Assembly: GCA_000320545.1 (NCBI GenBank)
Contig: ADNK01001093.1
Span: forward strand, 1-56,228
Source of the DNA: Bigelowiella natans CCMP2755
Lineage: Eukaryota > Protista > Cercozoa
DNA length: 56,228 bases
Direction: 5' to 3'
A model generated the notes under the pieces. That model made no database searches. It worked only from the letters and a program-made list of their open reading frames with translations, and was not told the origin of the DNA. Position numbers and translations under genes: made by a program. Shown one piece after another: positions 39,490-53,590 of this stretch (positions within the stretch are counted from its first letter, which is position 1; each line of letters starts with the position of its first letter).

Positions 39490-41491
39490 CTAAGGCCTCA
39501 GCCCGCTCCTTGCCTTGTTCAAGACTTCCTTTCGGATTTTCGGGTAGCTGCAGAGCAAACAAAGATATGCAACACAGATCGCGTTATTAGCGTGCCGGTG
39601 AATCATGTTAGACACATGAGCACTCGCTGGAGCACAAGACAAATGGGCTATTAGGTTTATATTTTGACGTCGTTTCAAACGACACGTATTTGTTGTTACC
39701 CTGGATATTTCTCCAGCACTTTATTGCACACATCGATTGCATCCACCAGGCGATCAGCCTTCAGATAGTTGAAGGCGAGCTTGTAGCCAATGGCGGGCGA
39801 TGACTCCTTGCTGTATTTCCAAGCCCACTCGTAGTTCTCTGCTGCGTCCTTGTACGCCGTCTCCTTTTCCTTTATGTGCCCCAGCCGCTCCCACGCCTAT
39901 GAATGGTTACGGAGACGACGACGATAAATAAGAAGGAGAAGAAGAAGAACGGTGGACATAATGTCCGAGCGCCGATACTTCGGCCATTATCTCAATCAGT
40001 ATCCTCTCACCATTCACACCGTCGTCGTTTTAGGCTCAACTTCACTCTCTCCCCTCCACTTGGCTAATCTCACCTTGTTGCAGCTCCGGTCGGTCTGGAT
40101 GCACTTTTGGCACAGGCGGGCCGCCATATCGTTCTTCCCGTTCTGTATGTGGATCTCAACGAGCAGGAGCCAGCCTAGCAAGGCACGGGAGAGGAGAGGA
40201 GTTTTGAGGTGGGGAAAATGGATGAATAGAAACATGGGAGTCGAAAGACCAGAAACAATTAGAACGCAAAGCTTATATGCATCGATGGACTAGCATCATC
40301 GATAAGTTCAGCAACGTTCAATGTGGGGAAAATATCCCCGCTCCTCCTCTTTGTTGTTGTTGGAATAAAGTCAGCACCTTCCACGTAATCGTCTTGGAAC
40401 TCTTGGAATGTTGCCTCATTCGGCCGCGTGAGCCTCTTCAGGTACCCCTTGGCTTTCGGAAGCTTTAGGGTGTCGTGGTTTCACGGCAGCGCCGAGAACA
40501 CAGCAGCGGAAGATATAGCCGCGACGGGCAAGGCAAAAAGCAAATGGCAACAAAGGCGAGAAAGGTAAGATTCACTAGCAAAAACGTGTGGTAAGACGAC
40601 AAGCTTTGTGTTTTTGCTTTTTTTGTCCTGTTTAACTGTCATCATATGCACACGACAGAAAGCAGTAGCAAACTGCAGTGCGCTCATTGAGAACGCAAAG
40701 AAATGTCTAGCCCCCTCCCCACCCCCTCTCCCCATATACAATACCATCACCACCACCACCTTATTTAGTAGCACGTAGCCATTTCCAATAGCGACGTAGG
40801 CTGGTACATAGCTGCAGATAATGTATACAAATGTATATTTAGTCATTATTTTTTCTCTTAAAAAAATCAGTTTTCATATGAGATATCCGGCGAAAATGTG
40901 GAGAGATGCGAAGACACGTCATATGCAACGCGGAGGCTCCGCGAGCGACGCGGCGATACATACGAATGAGTGAAAGTGCATTTGTTGGTTTTTATTCCCC
41001 TCCCGAAGAACAAAAGGCAAAGCCGCCCTTTCCGTATGATTTCGATGCTGTTTTGTCTTCTTTTGGCATTGGGGATCGATCATCGCTACTACGCACTCTT
41101 TAGCCCTAGCGTCATTCCCGGATAGAAGCCTGCGAAGTGACTCGACCGCTCTCTCTATTGATGGCTTTTCCTACGACACACAACAGTTGCAAACAAAAAC
41201 GTGAAGATTCTTGGCACCGGGAAAGGTTCCCCCCCTCCTGTTCTTCCTCTTCCTCCTCTACGTGATTGCTCACTAGATTGCGGTGATTGCGAATATGATG
41301 GGGGAGGATGTGGGTGGAGATTTCGTCCGACAGCGACGCTGTCCTCGTGCGTGTTGTTTGCTTCGTGCGTGTGTGTCCATGTCTCGATCTATTTCTATGT
41401 GTGTGTGCGTGTGTGCGTGTGTGCGTGTGAGTAAATGAAAAAGAGCAACCCGTGTTGCCATCAAACAATAGGCTTGGAGCACGCTTATCTG

Positions 41492-41527
<36 letters not shown>

Positions 41528-42933
41528 TTTCATATATCAAACATATTGCACACTTAAATATGGTGCAAACTTCCGTAGCGTTTCCCCACGCACACAAACG
41601 GGAAAAGCGCAAGAACAAGCAGAATCAGCATCTCTTCTGCAGCTGCGGCAGCAGCCACTACCAATACTACTACTACTACTACTACTACTACTCCTATATA
41701 TTATAGTTGTCTCGAGCGCTCCACACGTGCATCGATTCGTCGTCGTCGTCGTAGTAGTAGTAGTAATAGTAGTATTACCTTGAGCGGATCGCCGCCCATT
41801 TCTGAGAGCTGCTGAATCAACTTCTCAGCAGCACCAACGTGCGACATCGAGTCGTCCCCCTTGGCCTCTGCCGCCTTGGCAAAGACTCCCTAGAAGAGAT
41901 AGGCGGTGGAAGAGGAGGGGGGGGTGTAATGGGATGATCGTGTTAGGTGCTACGCAGAGTCCTGCAGAAGACTGCAGACGTATGCAACCGCCCCTTCCTT
42001 CCTCCCCCCCCAACCGATATGACGCAGTAGTCGTGTACATTGTGGCCTGGATCTAGATAGATCTTTATCATTTGCTCAATAGCCTGAGGAAGTGTTGGAC
42101 AAGGGAAGGAGAGAGGAAAGAGAGAGAGAGAGAGAGAGTAAGAGAGAGAGAGAGTAAGAGAGAGGAAGAGAAGGGGGAGGAAAGGGTAAAAGGGTGCAAG
42201 GGTGAGAGATCGCACAGAAACTATGAAATATAATTTTCACAAAGCTGATTCGTCAGAGGGATGGTAGGCGATGTTCGAGGAGGAGGAGGGGGGGGGGGGG
42301 ATAGGATCAGAGTAAATCTTTCTCTCCAAGGATGTTCAGAAAACTTTGAAGACTGATTGATTTTGGTATCATCATTATCTTCCTCCGGTGGTTCTCCTCG
42401 TTTTACATGTGCATGTGTGTGCATGTGCGCGCGCGCACGCTCACGCATCGAAATTGAGCTAAAATACATCCAAATCATCGTCTGATTGTCGTCTTCCATT
42501 CGTATGATCTTCGTTGGTTGTATCTCCCTTAACTTCTCTCGCCACACCTTTGCTCCCCATTTGGAGTCCAAGCGTGCATGATTGAAGGCAGTAAGCGCCT
42601 GGTGCGGCTCGCTAGTGTAGCTTTCCGACGAGAGGAAGAATAGATTCGGGGGCGGGGAAAAACAGAAAAATAGCACAAACCAGTGAGACCTCTCGCTCAT
42701 GTCCAAATTCAAAAAGGAAGGTGCGACAGCCCCCCCCGAAAATAGGTGATTGAACATGATGAAAAACCACGATTTGCGCAAAAACTGGTTGGTCGGAGTA
42801 ATCAAGTGTGCTCTCTCCCAAAACCTTAAAAAGAGTCCCTCGCAGTAGTAGACGCCAGCATCGAAAGAGGCCATCGATCCCGTATTCTAGCAGACGATTA
42901 AATTATGAAAACTTTACACACTGAAAAGGAGGA

Positions 42934-42975
<42 letters not shown>

Positions 42976-43202
42976 GGGGTCTTCCCCATTTTTTCCTTTA
43001 GGGGTTTTTTTATAGGGTTGGCCCCTGTGGTTTTCCCCTCCCCTCTTAATAAAAAGAAAATCCCCCCCCCCCCAGGATCACATCGTAAAAAATAAACAGA
43101 TCGTTGATTGATGAGTCACTGGGTAGTGAAGATGTGTGAAGCATGTGCGTTTTCCCCCCCCCCCCGCCCCCCGCCCTTTCAAACACTCGAGCGCTTAAAC
43201 GT

Positions 43203-43235
<33 letters not shown>

Positions 43236-43340
43236 CGCGCGCACCTCAGTAAATCGATCAACCGCGAGAGAGCATTAAATTCCGTTGGGCATCTGTAAGA
43301 AGACAGCACAGGATGGACAACGGTCAGAACCATCACGGCA

Positions 43341-43381
<41 letters not shown>

Positions 43382-44012
43382 GCACGCGCACCACCAGCAG
43401 CAGCACCAACAGCAACACCGCACATCGCAGCGTGTGGTTTGATTGATAACGCTGGCTATCGACATGGAAATGCGTGCAACTGCTATATACCTACTCACTA
43501 CAACAACAACTACTACTACTACTACTACTACTACCGTTGGAGAAGCTGCTGGAAACACTTGGCTGCGGAGTCGAGCTCCCCTTTCCTGAAGATGATATCG
43601 GCCAGCATGCTCAGGGCCTCTTTGTTGTCTGGGTCCACCTGACGTTTGTTTGATTGATTGGTTGATTGATTGATTGTTGTTTCGCATAGCGATGACGGCG
43701 GAGAGTGAGAAGCAAACATGGTGATGACGGCAATGATGATGATGGTGAAGTATTGCGGTAATGGTGGTGGTGATAATAATGAATAGCACAAACTCTAGTC
43801 TTAATCGGCGAACATTCAGTCATAAATTCTGCCCTCCCTCTTCCTCTCCCCCCCCCTCCTCCTACTCCTTCACGACACTCTACTTGCAGCGAACCTGCAG
43901 AAGCTGTGCGCACTGCTGCTCGCACCGTTCCACCTCTCCCTGTGCTAAGCTGATCTGAAGAATTAGAGGGAGAGATTAACTTAACAAAATTAAGTACACA
44001 CGCGCATGCAAT

Positions 44013-44055
<43 letters not shown>

Positions 44056-44444
44056 CGTGTGTGTGTGTATTCATTGATTATACACGCTTGCTTAGTTTAC
44101 GCGTGGTCATTTTCCCATCATCCATTGACCCGCCTCTTCTTCTTCTTCTTCTTCTTCTTCTTCACGAGACAACACCTTTGCAAGGGTGATGAGCGACTTT
44201 TTATGGCCTTCGTCGTGCTGGAGAGCCAGGTCGTAGAACTGACGGGAAGCCTGGAACGTATTTGTTACAACGACGACGACGAAGATGACATTTATATGTG
44301 AAAAAGCAAGATATAATTATGAAAATAGTACTAATACGCACACAGCAAACAGACCACAAACGTCACTCTCGTCGCCGCCATTGTTATTACCGCAGTAATA
44401 ATTCTGCATATAATTTCTCCCCTCCCTCCCAAAGTCATCACACG

Positions 44445-44514
<70 letters not shown>

Positions 44515-45402
44515 CTCCAGATCACTCGAATGAGCATTTCCGAGATCATAGCACAACTCTGTTGCAACTTTTGTCTGAAGAAGGAACATACCATGCGTGT
44601 GTGTGTGTGTGTGTGGGTGATAAAAAGCATACTTCAAATACCTGTTCTCGCAGCCGCTCCCCAGTCATCGCACCTCTACCCGAGTTCAAAATCTTAATCG
44701 AGGCAGAGTGAGAAGAAGAGGAAGAAGAAGAAGAAGAATGGGGAGGGCAGGAGGAAGGAAACATCGGGAGGGTCAGGTCAACGAGGAAATTAAAGAATGG
44801 AGCCAATCTTTCTCGCCTCGAAATCGATCAAGATTCATCATAGAAGAAATGCACCTCCCCCCCCCCCCCCGCGCGAGTAGCTTACAGTTTTCTGGAGATG
44901 TCGAGCCTTTTGCAACGAAGCAATCAGGCCTTCTTGGTCTTCTGCTCACAGGGGGGGTCGTATAGAGGAGGAGAATCGTACAGATGATGATGAGAGATGC
45001 AATACGCCGCTCTCTCGTAGCAGCACGTCGATGCTTTTCATGCCGACGTGTATGTTGTAACCGATTGCAGGGCAAGAGCACATATACGAGAGAAGGAAGA
45101 CCGTATATTAAAATAAACACCTGCATCTCTGCTTATGTCGGCCAGAATCCTGTAGAGGCGAACCTATTTGACGATGGTGGAAGAGGTCGTTGCTGCTGCT
45201 GCTGCTAAGGCTGCTCCATCACTACTACTTCAAAAGATTGTGTAGATTTTATCATCGTGTATGCGTGCTCCTCCCATTGCTTGTTCTTTCGTCTTGCTAC
45301 CTTCGCAATCAAGTCGTCCTCAGTCTGAGCCTTCGATTTACCTTCATAGGCCTGTCACATATCCAAAAAAGCAGCATGTGTCAGTTCTGCCCCGGTTGTA
45401 GT

Positions 45403-45470
<68 letters not shown>

Positions 45471-45737
45471 AATGATGGAATGGAAAAAATAGGAGGCAGC
45501 AGCAGGAGCAGGAGCAGCAGCAGCAGCAGCAGAAGTGGCGTCGTTGTTGTAACCTGCAGGGAGGTCATCACCACACGTGTTGCAGAATCGAAGCTGATGA
45601 TGATGATGAAGATGATGATGATAATGATGAAGGGATGAATGATGAAGGGATGAATGATGAGATCCTTCCCGATTCCAGTAATACGCCATGCATGTAAATA
45701 ATTAGCATCCTCTCCCCCCCTCCCCCTCCTCTCTGCC

Positions 45738-45772
<35 letters not shown>

Positions 45773-46077
45773 TGCTTTCATAGTTACTCTGTCAATCTGC
45801 GATAAAGAGTCGCAAGATCGGCGGCAAGCTTCAGGTCTTCCGGGGCAGCGTGCACGGCCGTCTCATAGTACCTTGATTCGCGTAGTTTTACACATATTTT
45901 AACACACAAAGAAAGTAAGAGAGAGGGGGGGAGGGGAAGGGGGGGGAGTGCTGAAAGGATAGCTACAAAAAAAAGGATGCCGCATACACTTACTGGCAGG
46001 CCTTGGTGTAGTCGTGCATGGCTGCGAGCGCGGACCCGATCACGCGAGACAGCTTAGAGTCTTGGTCTGGCATTGCC

Positions 46078-46112
<35 letters not shown>

Positions 46113-46615
46113 GTGGTGACATTAGACACAGCAGCTTCGCAGTTTGGCGTGCTGCACATGCGAACCATGATGAGAAAACATGAATCGAGGGTTTGCTTTC
46201 CCCTGTGTACAGCGAGGACGGAGTGATAGTTTTTAGAGGAGGGGAGGGGGGGGAGAAGGCTTCAAACCTTACGCGCCGCTTCGTATGTTTCGATTGCCTT
46301 CTCAGGCTCCTGAATCCTCATGTAGGCCTAGAGATTGGCAGTAGGGAAACACAATGGGAAGTAGGCAAGATATTTAGGCAAGATATTTATCATGGCTTTC
46401 TCACCATGAATTGTTGTTAGTAGCGCTAACCATCTCACTGTGACTTATTGGCATGAAAATCATTCTCTCGTCATCACCTTTCCAAGGAGCATTCGGTTGT
46501 GGAGCGTGGGGTGCTTCTGCGCCAGCTCGCGGTAGCAGCCGACGTAGAGGTGCTTTTGCTTGCGGTGGCTAACGTTGTTGTTATGGACGCAACGATGACA
46601 ATGTTTTAGACACAC

Positions 46616-46647
<32 letters not shown>

Positions 46648-46649
46648 TT

Positions 46650-46686
<37 letters not shown>

Positions 46687-46868
46687 GAGAGGCTTCTTTT
46701 CGTTTAAGAAAATACTTGAGATAGATTTCCGCCATTTTGACTTTAGCCGTCATGTAAAGCTCCGACGATGCTCGGATAGTTTTGAGAACAGCGAGGGCGC
46801 GTTTGACGTCCCTCCGCTTGAGGCATAATGTGCCTTCTGCCAGCGTAAGATGGTCTGTTCCTCCTGAT

Positions 46869-46907
<39 letters not shown>

Positions 46908-47587
46908 GAGAGAGAGTTCAAGAGCAGTAGCAGCAATAGATACGTTGATGTAAACAAAAACGTGTTCGGGTTTGTGAGCTCTTTCCAACTATGGCGGATG
47001 CTCTTCTTCTTCTTCTTCTTCTTCTTCTTCTTCTCGTTGGTTTTGTTCTTATCCTCCTCCTCCCCTCGCCGCTCTCACACAACCCACCTGGTGCTTTGTG
47101 GAACGTCTTTCGGGCTTCATCCATTATTGCCTGTTTGCATCAGTAGTAACCATCGTCGTCATCGTCAAACCGTAGAGGAGAAACGAAGGGGGGACGGGGG
47201 GGGGAGGGGGGACCTGAGCTTCCTTAAGTTTGTTGAGTTTGGAGAGGCAAGCTGCCATATCGATGAACACGCTCATGCGGTCAGATACGGATAAAGTCTC
47301 AGATGACGACGAGGATGAGGAGGAGGAGACGGCGCTCCCCTTACGCTTCTTGGCGTCCGTCTTCCGCACCTTCACGGGAAAGAAAGAATTTCAAGCACCA
47401 AACGAGGAAATCAGTCCGGGATAAATTGTGCTGCGCTCTGCCGCTCTTTCTTGTGGTTATTGTTCGTTGTCTCACCCCAGGGAGAGCGAATGCCTTTTTA
47501 AGCAACTCGAGCGCCTGCTCCGTTTGCCCTCGTTCCTCCAGAATCTTCGCCTGTTACAAGCCAAAAAACACGCACTCACACGTTGCA

Positions 47588-47658
<71 letters not shown>

Positions 47659-48075
47659 GTATCTGCAGCACCCTCCCTTCCCCCAAGCTAGCAGACAACA
47701 AGAGCAACTACCTTCAGCACGTAGTAGATAGGTTTGGTCTTAATTTCGAAGTCGAGACTGAGGGCCTGAGGACGTGATGATGATGTTGATGATGATCTAT
47801 GTTCTCCTCTTTTTCATCGAGATGAGAAGGAACTCATTAGGGGAGGAGGGGGGGGGGGGGCTATCTACACGTTGTCGCGGGACGAAATCCTGGCGCTCTT
47901 TACATTCATCTACTACAAATCTTATGTTGGTATTATTTCTCTTTCTCTTTCTACATACTTGGGCAAGAGCGTCTTCTGCCTCCTTATGCGCCTCGTTAGC
48001 CAGATAGATACGTGCCAGCAAAATCTGAGAGAGAACAACGCACAAAAGGCACCACACACAAGCGGACAGAGAGAT

Positions 48076-48116
<41 letters not shown>

Positions 48117-51100
48117 CAACGTGGAAAAGAAAGTTGCCATCGATTTTGTACTAAATCAGCAGCCTCCCCCGGCAGATGGGGGTGAAAACTAATGGCATAG
48201 GGGTAAATATTTTGAATTACTCTAGAGCTTGCTGAAATTCGTTGCAAAGATAATGGCAGTGGGCGAGTCGTTCGTAGGCCTATGATTCGACAAGAATTAG
48301 AAAGAGATTGAAGTACACAGCACCTTCATCAGCAGCAGCAGCAGCACCACCACCACCACCATCATCATCATCACCATCATTATCGAAGCTCCGTGCACAC
48401 TTAATAACATCGTCTTCTAGTCCTGACTTACATGGAGAAACCCTGGAACCAAATGTGTGAGCTGCTGTAGCATAGCCTTACATCTGCCAGGGTGGGAGGA
48501 GGAGGAGGAGGAGGAGGAGGAGGAGGAGGAGGAAGAAGATGAGAAGAAACCCAATTCGCGTTGGCACATGCGCGCAGGTGATTTGGGGAAATGATGACAA
48601 TTTGGGCCCGGCGACACGAACGCAGGACGTCTTTCCAGAAAGGAGAAAAACCTTAGGAATGTCATTCATCGATGCTGCCTGCCATCGTCGTCTAATAATT
48701 ACGCTCTTCTTCTTCTTCTTCTTCTTCTTCTTCTTCTTCTCTTCTTTGAACAACAAACCACCTCTTCAGATTTTGGCTGGGAGGGTCGTAGGATGTGAGG
48801 CGCTCGGGACTCACAAAGTTCAGTAGCATGTCCACCACTTCCATCACAAATCCGGGATTGTACCTGCAGGGGGAGGAGGGGGGAGGAGGAGGGGAGGGCA
48901 GAAGAGGAACCGCAATGAAGCCAGCAACAGCAAGAACATATCAACAACATTAAAAAATACGCCGAACTGATGCCGCAGGTGGAAATGCATCGTCGGGAGG
49001 GAACCGCCCTTCCACATTCAACTATGGTTTGATGTGCGAGTGGGCTAATTCCCATCTTATCGAGCGGCTTATATTTCGTTGGGAGGGAGGGAGGGGTTGC
49101 ACGAACTTGATGTAAAATTCGGCGCTTCCTGCCTCGCATCCTTCCAGAGACTCTGCGTGGGTCTTGACCAAGGCATCCAAGGCCTGTTGGTAAGAGGAGG
49201 AAAACAGTTCTTATAAGGATGATGTTGATGAGAGCTCTGAAAGCGCAGGAGAGGAGGTCCACTGGTGGCAATGAGCACACTCAAATATGCGAATGCATTC
49301 TCTTCACCTTGAGGGTTTTCTTGTCGTCCTTGTGCAATCTCCACGCCAAGAGCGCCTTGAGCATCCCGAGGTCGATCGCAGCTCCCACATCTCCCTCTTC
49401 CGTTACCTTTTTTGTGTGTGGAGGGGGGGGGGGGGGGGGGTCAGCGGCCAATTGCAGCAGCAGCAACAACCATTGCTAGGATGATGATGATGCTTCTACC
49501 TCGCCCATAAATTCCAGCTCCTCATCGGCCTCTTTCAGCATGCCAAGCTGTGTGAAGTAGGAAAAGATGATTCTCTCTTAGCAAAGCGTAAATAATGAGT
49601 CGCACAATTGATAATAATAGTAACATGCACAGTGCCGTTCTGGGAAGGAACTAGTAGGATGGAACGCGGGAAATAAGTGAGAGGGGGAGGGGGGGGGGGA
49701 GGAGGTTTCTTTACCTCAATCTTGCATCGAATGCGTCCGTGTAACGCGGGCACGTAGCTGAAACAAGACAAGGGAGATAAATTCAGCATGCAGTGCAGAA
49801 CCATCAATGTAGCAATTCGTTACGGGTTTGCACACACACACATACACACGCACGCACGCACACACACACACACACACACACACATACCTTTCATCAGCTT
49901 GAAGGGATCGTGAATACGTATCCAGAGCAGACTTCGGGTTCCCACTTAAGCGCTCCTACACGCCCAAAGCAACGTTATAAATAACATGTTCACTTGTCGA
50001 GAGCTCACCCGCAGACACCCCACCTGGAACGCCAGTTCGGCCGGATATGCTGGGTTTGTGGAGTCGAGAACGATGGCACGGTTGGCCAGCTTCATGCTCG
50101 CACGCAGCAGAGCCGTTTGCTTGCCAGCGATACGCGCCACAAGCATGGAGACCTTGCACAGCAAGGAATGGTTCTGAGACTCCGTGTCCAGAATCAAGCG
50201 CTTGAGCTCATCCTGTAGGTAGGTAGGTAGGTAGGTGGTGGGGTGAACGCTACTACCATCGTTTGTTGTAATGATTTGGCATTGTTCTTATCGTGTTCTG
50301 ACGGACGGCGTTTGTTTGCAAATGTATGTATCATGATGCTATCTCCTCGACGCTACAATATTGCTGGCTGTTCTCCCTCTTTTATTATCGGCGCCATGGG
50401 GGAGTGGGGGGGGGGGGAGGAGCGCTAGTAAGTTGGTTGGCCCCAAAAGGGCGAGTGGGTGATGGGCGTGTATCGTCACTGACTGACCACTTGCGAAGCA
50501 GCGTTGTGAGCGCTCGACTGTGTGAGGGCGTTCAGGAGATGCACGCGCATGGCCTGTTGAAGATAAATATTCAAAAGCGTGTACATACACACACACACAC
50601 ACACACGCAGCACACATCTGACTTAGTAAAAACAAACTACAATCTCCTATAATGATCGCATTCTGAAACATATCATCATTTGTGGTAGGTAGGCACCTCA
50701 ATCGACTTGGGATCGGAGTTCAGTACTCTGTCCCCAGTCCTCACACCCTGTGGTAGTCACCCACCCCCCCCCCCCCCCCCCCAGACAGACAGACAGCCAG
50801 AGAGAGGGGGGGGGGGGGGGGGGTTCGTTTAAAGCCGAAAAGAAGTCTCCACGGTTTCTGCAACTTGATGTGTTGATAAGATACACACCTCTTCCCAATC
50901 TCCTTGGGCAATCATTACATTAGCCTAATGATGAGCAGGGGAGGGGGTTAGAGGAGGGCACTTAAATCATTCAAACACGAATACAGGTATAGACGCAAGG
51001 AGGGGGGAAATGTTAAGAAGAGAGGAGAGCAGATTATCAACGGGAGCAGGTAGATGGATAGAGGAAACTCCCCATTATCATCATCATCATCATCATCATC

Positions 51101-52826
51101 ATCCTCCCCCTCCTCGTCGTCTACATAATAACCAAACATATGCATACTTTCGCCACGAGTCCCGGCTTGTAGCCCGGATGGCTCACGATCATCTGATTGA
51201 TATCCGCGAGCGCGCCGGCGTAGTCGTTTCGGGAGGCGAGGTGGCGCGCTCTCCCCGCCAGGGAGGGGAGGTGCTTCGCGTCCATCTTGATGGCCGTGGA
51301 GAAGAACGTCACGGACCGCTTCACTTGCCTCGGGTTATCCGAGGTCATGCAAATCCACCCGAAAAGCGCCAGGGCGTCCAAGTTGCGGCGATTCTTCGCA
51401 ATCACCTTTTCCACGCACATCTTGGCTTGTTTCTCCTTGCCTGAAGAACGGAGGATGATAAGGATGATGGAAGATGGAGGGGGGGGGGTGAGGGGGTGCA
51501 AAGGTGGAAAACGGATAGTTAGATAATTTGCTGTAGCTACGCTACTCGAGCGAATGCTGATCGAAAGCAATAACCGTGAGTAGACAAGCATAGAACTCCA
51601 AGACGAAGAAGGGCGACCTGCAACCCTTCTACTTCACACTCTCTTTCCTCCTCCTGCCATTGCTATTCCTACTATCACTATCATTATTACTACTACTACT
51701 ACTACTTCTACTACCTGTGTGCCAGAAGAATCTGCTTGCGATGAGCAAGCCCTTTCCTTCTGTTGATTTTGAGTAGTCGCGGAGCTTCACCTTGAGCTTC
51801 GACACCGCAGATTTGTCCGTATCTTCGCATAGCTGCACACGCGAGCGAGAAATTAAAATCAACATTGCTAGAAACAGAAAGGTCAAAGCTGGTGGGTGGC
51901 ACACGCTGTGGGGAACGAAGTGAATGGGGGGGGTTGGGAGGGGGAGAGGGGTTCCCAGTCAAAATGAACCCCTCATTACTCTTTCGCACACGCACGTGCA
52001 CACACTGCTTGACCTTTTCGTCAGAGCGGCAATGTCTCACATGTTTGCCACCACCACTGCCACCAGTAGTAGTAGTAGTAGTAGTAGTAGTACCTTGTGG
52101 GCATGGATGAGACAAGCTGTGACTGCGAGGTTGGTGGTAGCATCGCTCGGGATTGACGAGAGCTCTCTAACGATTTCGTGGCGGTTACAAGGTTCAGTGT
52201 TATGAGGAAGAAGAAGAAGTAGTCGTAGTAGTAGCAGTAGTTATTGTTGTTGTTGTAGAAAGAGTGGCACACATATTGTTCGTCTCGGTTTTCTCCGAGA
52301 AGAGCGCGTGTTGTTAGTATTAACACTAGTTCAAAGTTGGACATCACGGTACGATAAGAAGATGCAAGATGACGATGGTTGACGACAGAAGAAGCTGTAA
52401 TTCTAGCTACTGTTGTGCTTAATACCGTATGGCTTCTACGGGATTTCCTTGCATCGCAGTGGCGTATCCTTCCCAAAAGCGAAAGATGGGAGACAACGCT
52501 CCGACCTGCTTACAAATCTGCGAAGGAGAGGGAGAGATGAAAATTTGTTAATGGTTTATGCATCCAAAAAATTGTTTATACACAGAGAAGTGCTGGTAGG
52601 AACGTTGAGCGGGAGGAGGAAGGATTTCAAAGATCCTTCCCACCATTCTTCCTTGCTCGTCATGCTATTGCCCGCCGCACGCACACAAATTTGATATCTG
52701 GTGGATGAAAATTGTACACTTTCTTGTTGTAACCACCTTCCTGACAGTGCCATAGAGTTCCTTCTGGCAGTAGTAGTCAACCATTGCGAGGTAGAGGGTC
52801 TCCTTTCCATCATCACCCGACGACAT
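39490..52826 (-). CDS. TTC21B: Intraflagellar transport protein IFT139 / TTC21B (TPR protein, IFT-A), >35 exons
   Basis: N-terminus [36 protein letters not shown], then [98 protein letters not shown], and C-terminus [18 protein letters not shown]. Two exons (~42980-43110 and ~48110-48230) look garbled. Confidence 0.95.
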
Positions 52827-53590
52827 GCTGCTACTGTGCTACTTACTTTACTTCTCGGATGTAGGGGAAATGAGGTGGGACAACAATTGGTAGTGGGGGG
52901 AGGGAGAGAATTGGGCAGCGTCCAGACAATTGGTCAAAAGCTGGCAGTTATTGCCAAGGTGCCGGTCTGTTGTTGCTCTGTGGGAGTTCTGCTGAGATGA
53001 AATAAAAAAAAAATCAAATGTTACTCACGTCTCAGGATCGTTGGTGACAACTGAGGGGAGAAGATAAGAAGACAGAAGAACAGAACCCTCATATTTGTGG
53101 TCTACTTATTATCCTATGCCCTTATTTTATTCATCTGTACCCCATTGAGAGAAAGCAAACCAAAAGAGAAGGAATTGCGAGAAACTCACTCCCCTTCAAC
53201 TGTTCCCCATCTTTTTGTCCCTTATAATCCCCCCGCAACCCTGGCATGATTCACATTTCTCTACCCTTGGGAACTCTCAATACAAAAATCCTGGTGAGTA
53301 TGTAGGCTATGAAAAAAAATGGGAAGGAGGAGTCGGGGGGCAAGGGCTAACAGTTACTTCTCCTGGGCGGGTTCGTTTCCTCCCGAATCTGGACGATTTT
53401 AGGAAAAATAAATTAGATATATTCGGCTATGAATGGATCTACGAAACGGAACGCCCTCTGATTCCTGCCACCTTCCCCACAGCAAGTAACCAGTTCTGGT
53501 CCATAATATACACCGATAACTTCGTAAAATGGATATGTTCCAGTAGTGACGGCCAAAAAGCGGGAGATCGAACCCTGGAAATGAGGAGGG

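Noticed and set aside
42975-43110. Apparent missing or frameshifted IFT139 exon
   Set aside because: Homopolymer-rich garbled sequence next to (TA)n is typical of low-quality reads. It is more likely an assembly error than pseudogenisation or RNA editing.
48110-48230. In-frame stops or frameshift in an expected IFT139 exon (possible recoding)
   Set aside because: It is adjacent to a (TA)n run and the rest of the gene is intact with the standard code, so sequence error is the simplest explanation. Reads are needed to confirm.
1052-52476. Numerous poly-YI, poly-CV, poly-RE, poly-S/L ORFs in the ORF track
   Set aside because: These are translations of intronic (TA)n, (TG)n, (GA)n and trinucleotide microsatellites.
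53-52826. Systematic non-canonical introns or introner elements
   Set aside because: Nearly all junctions I traced resolve as GT-AG in frame, and I saw no sequence similarity between introns beyond simple repeats.
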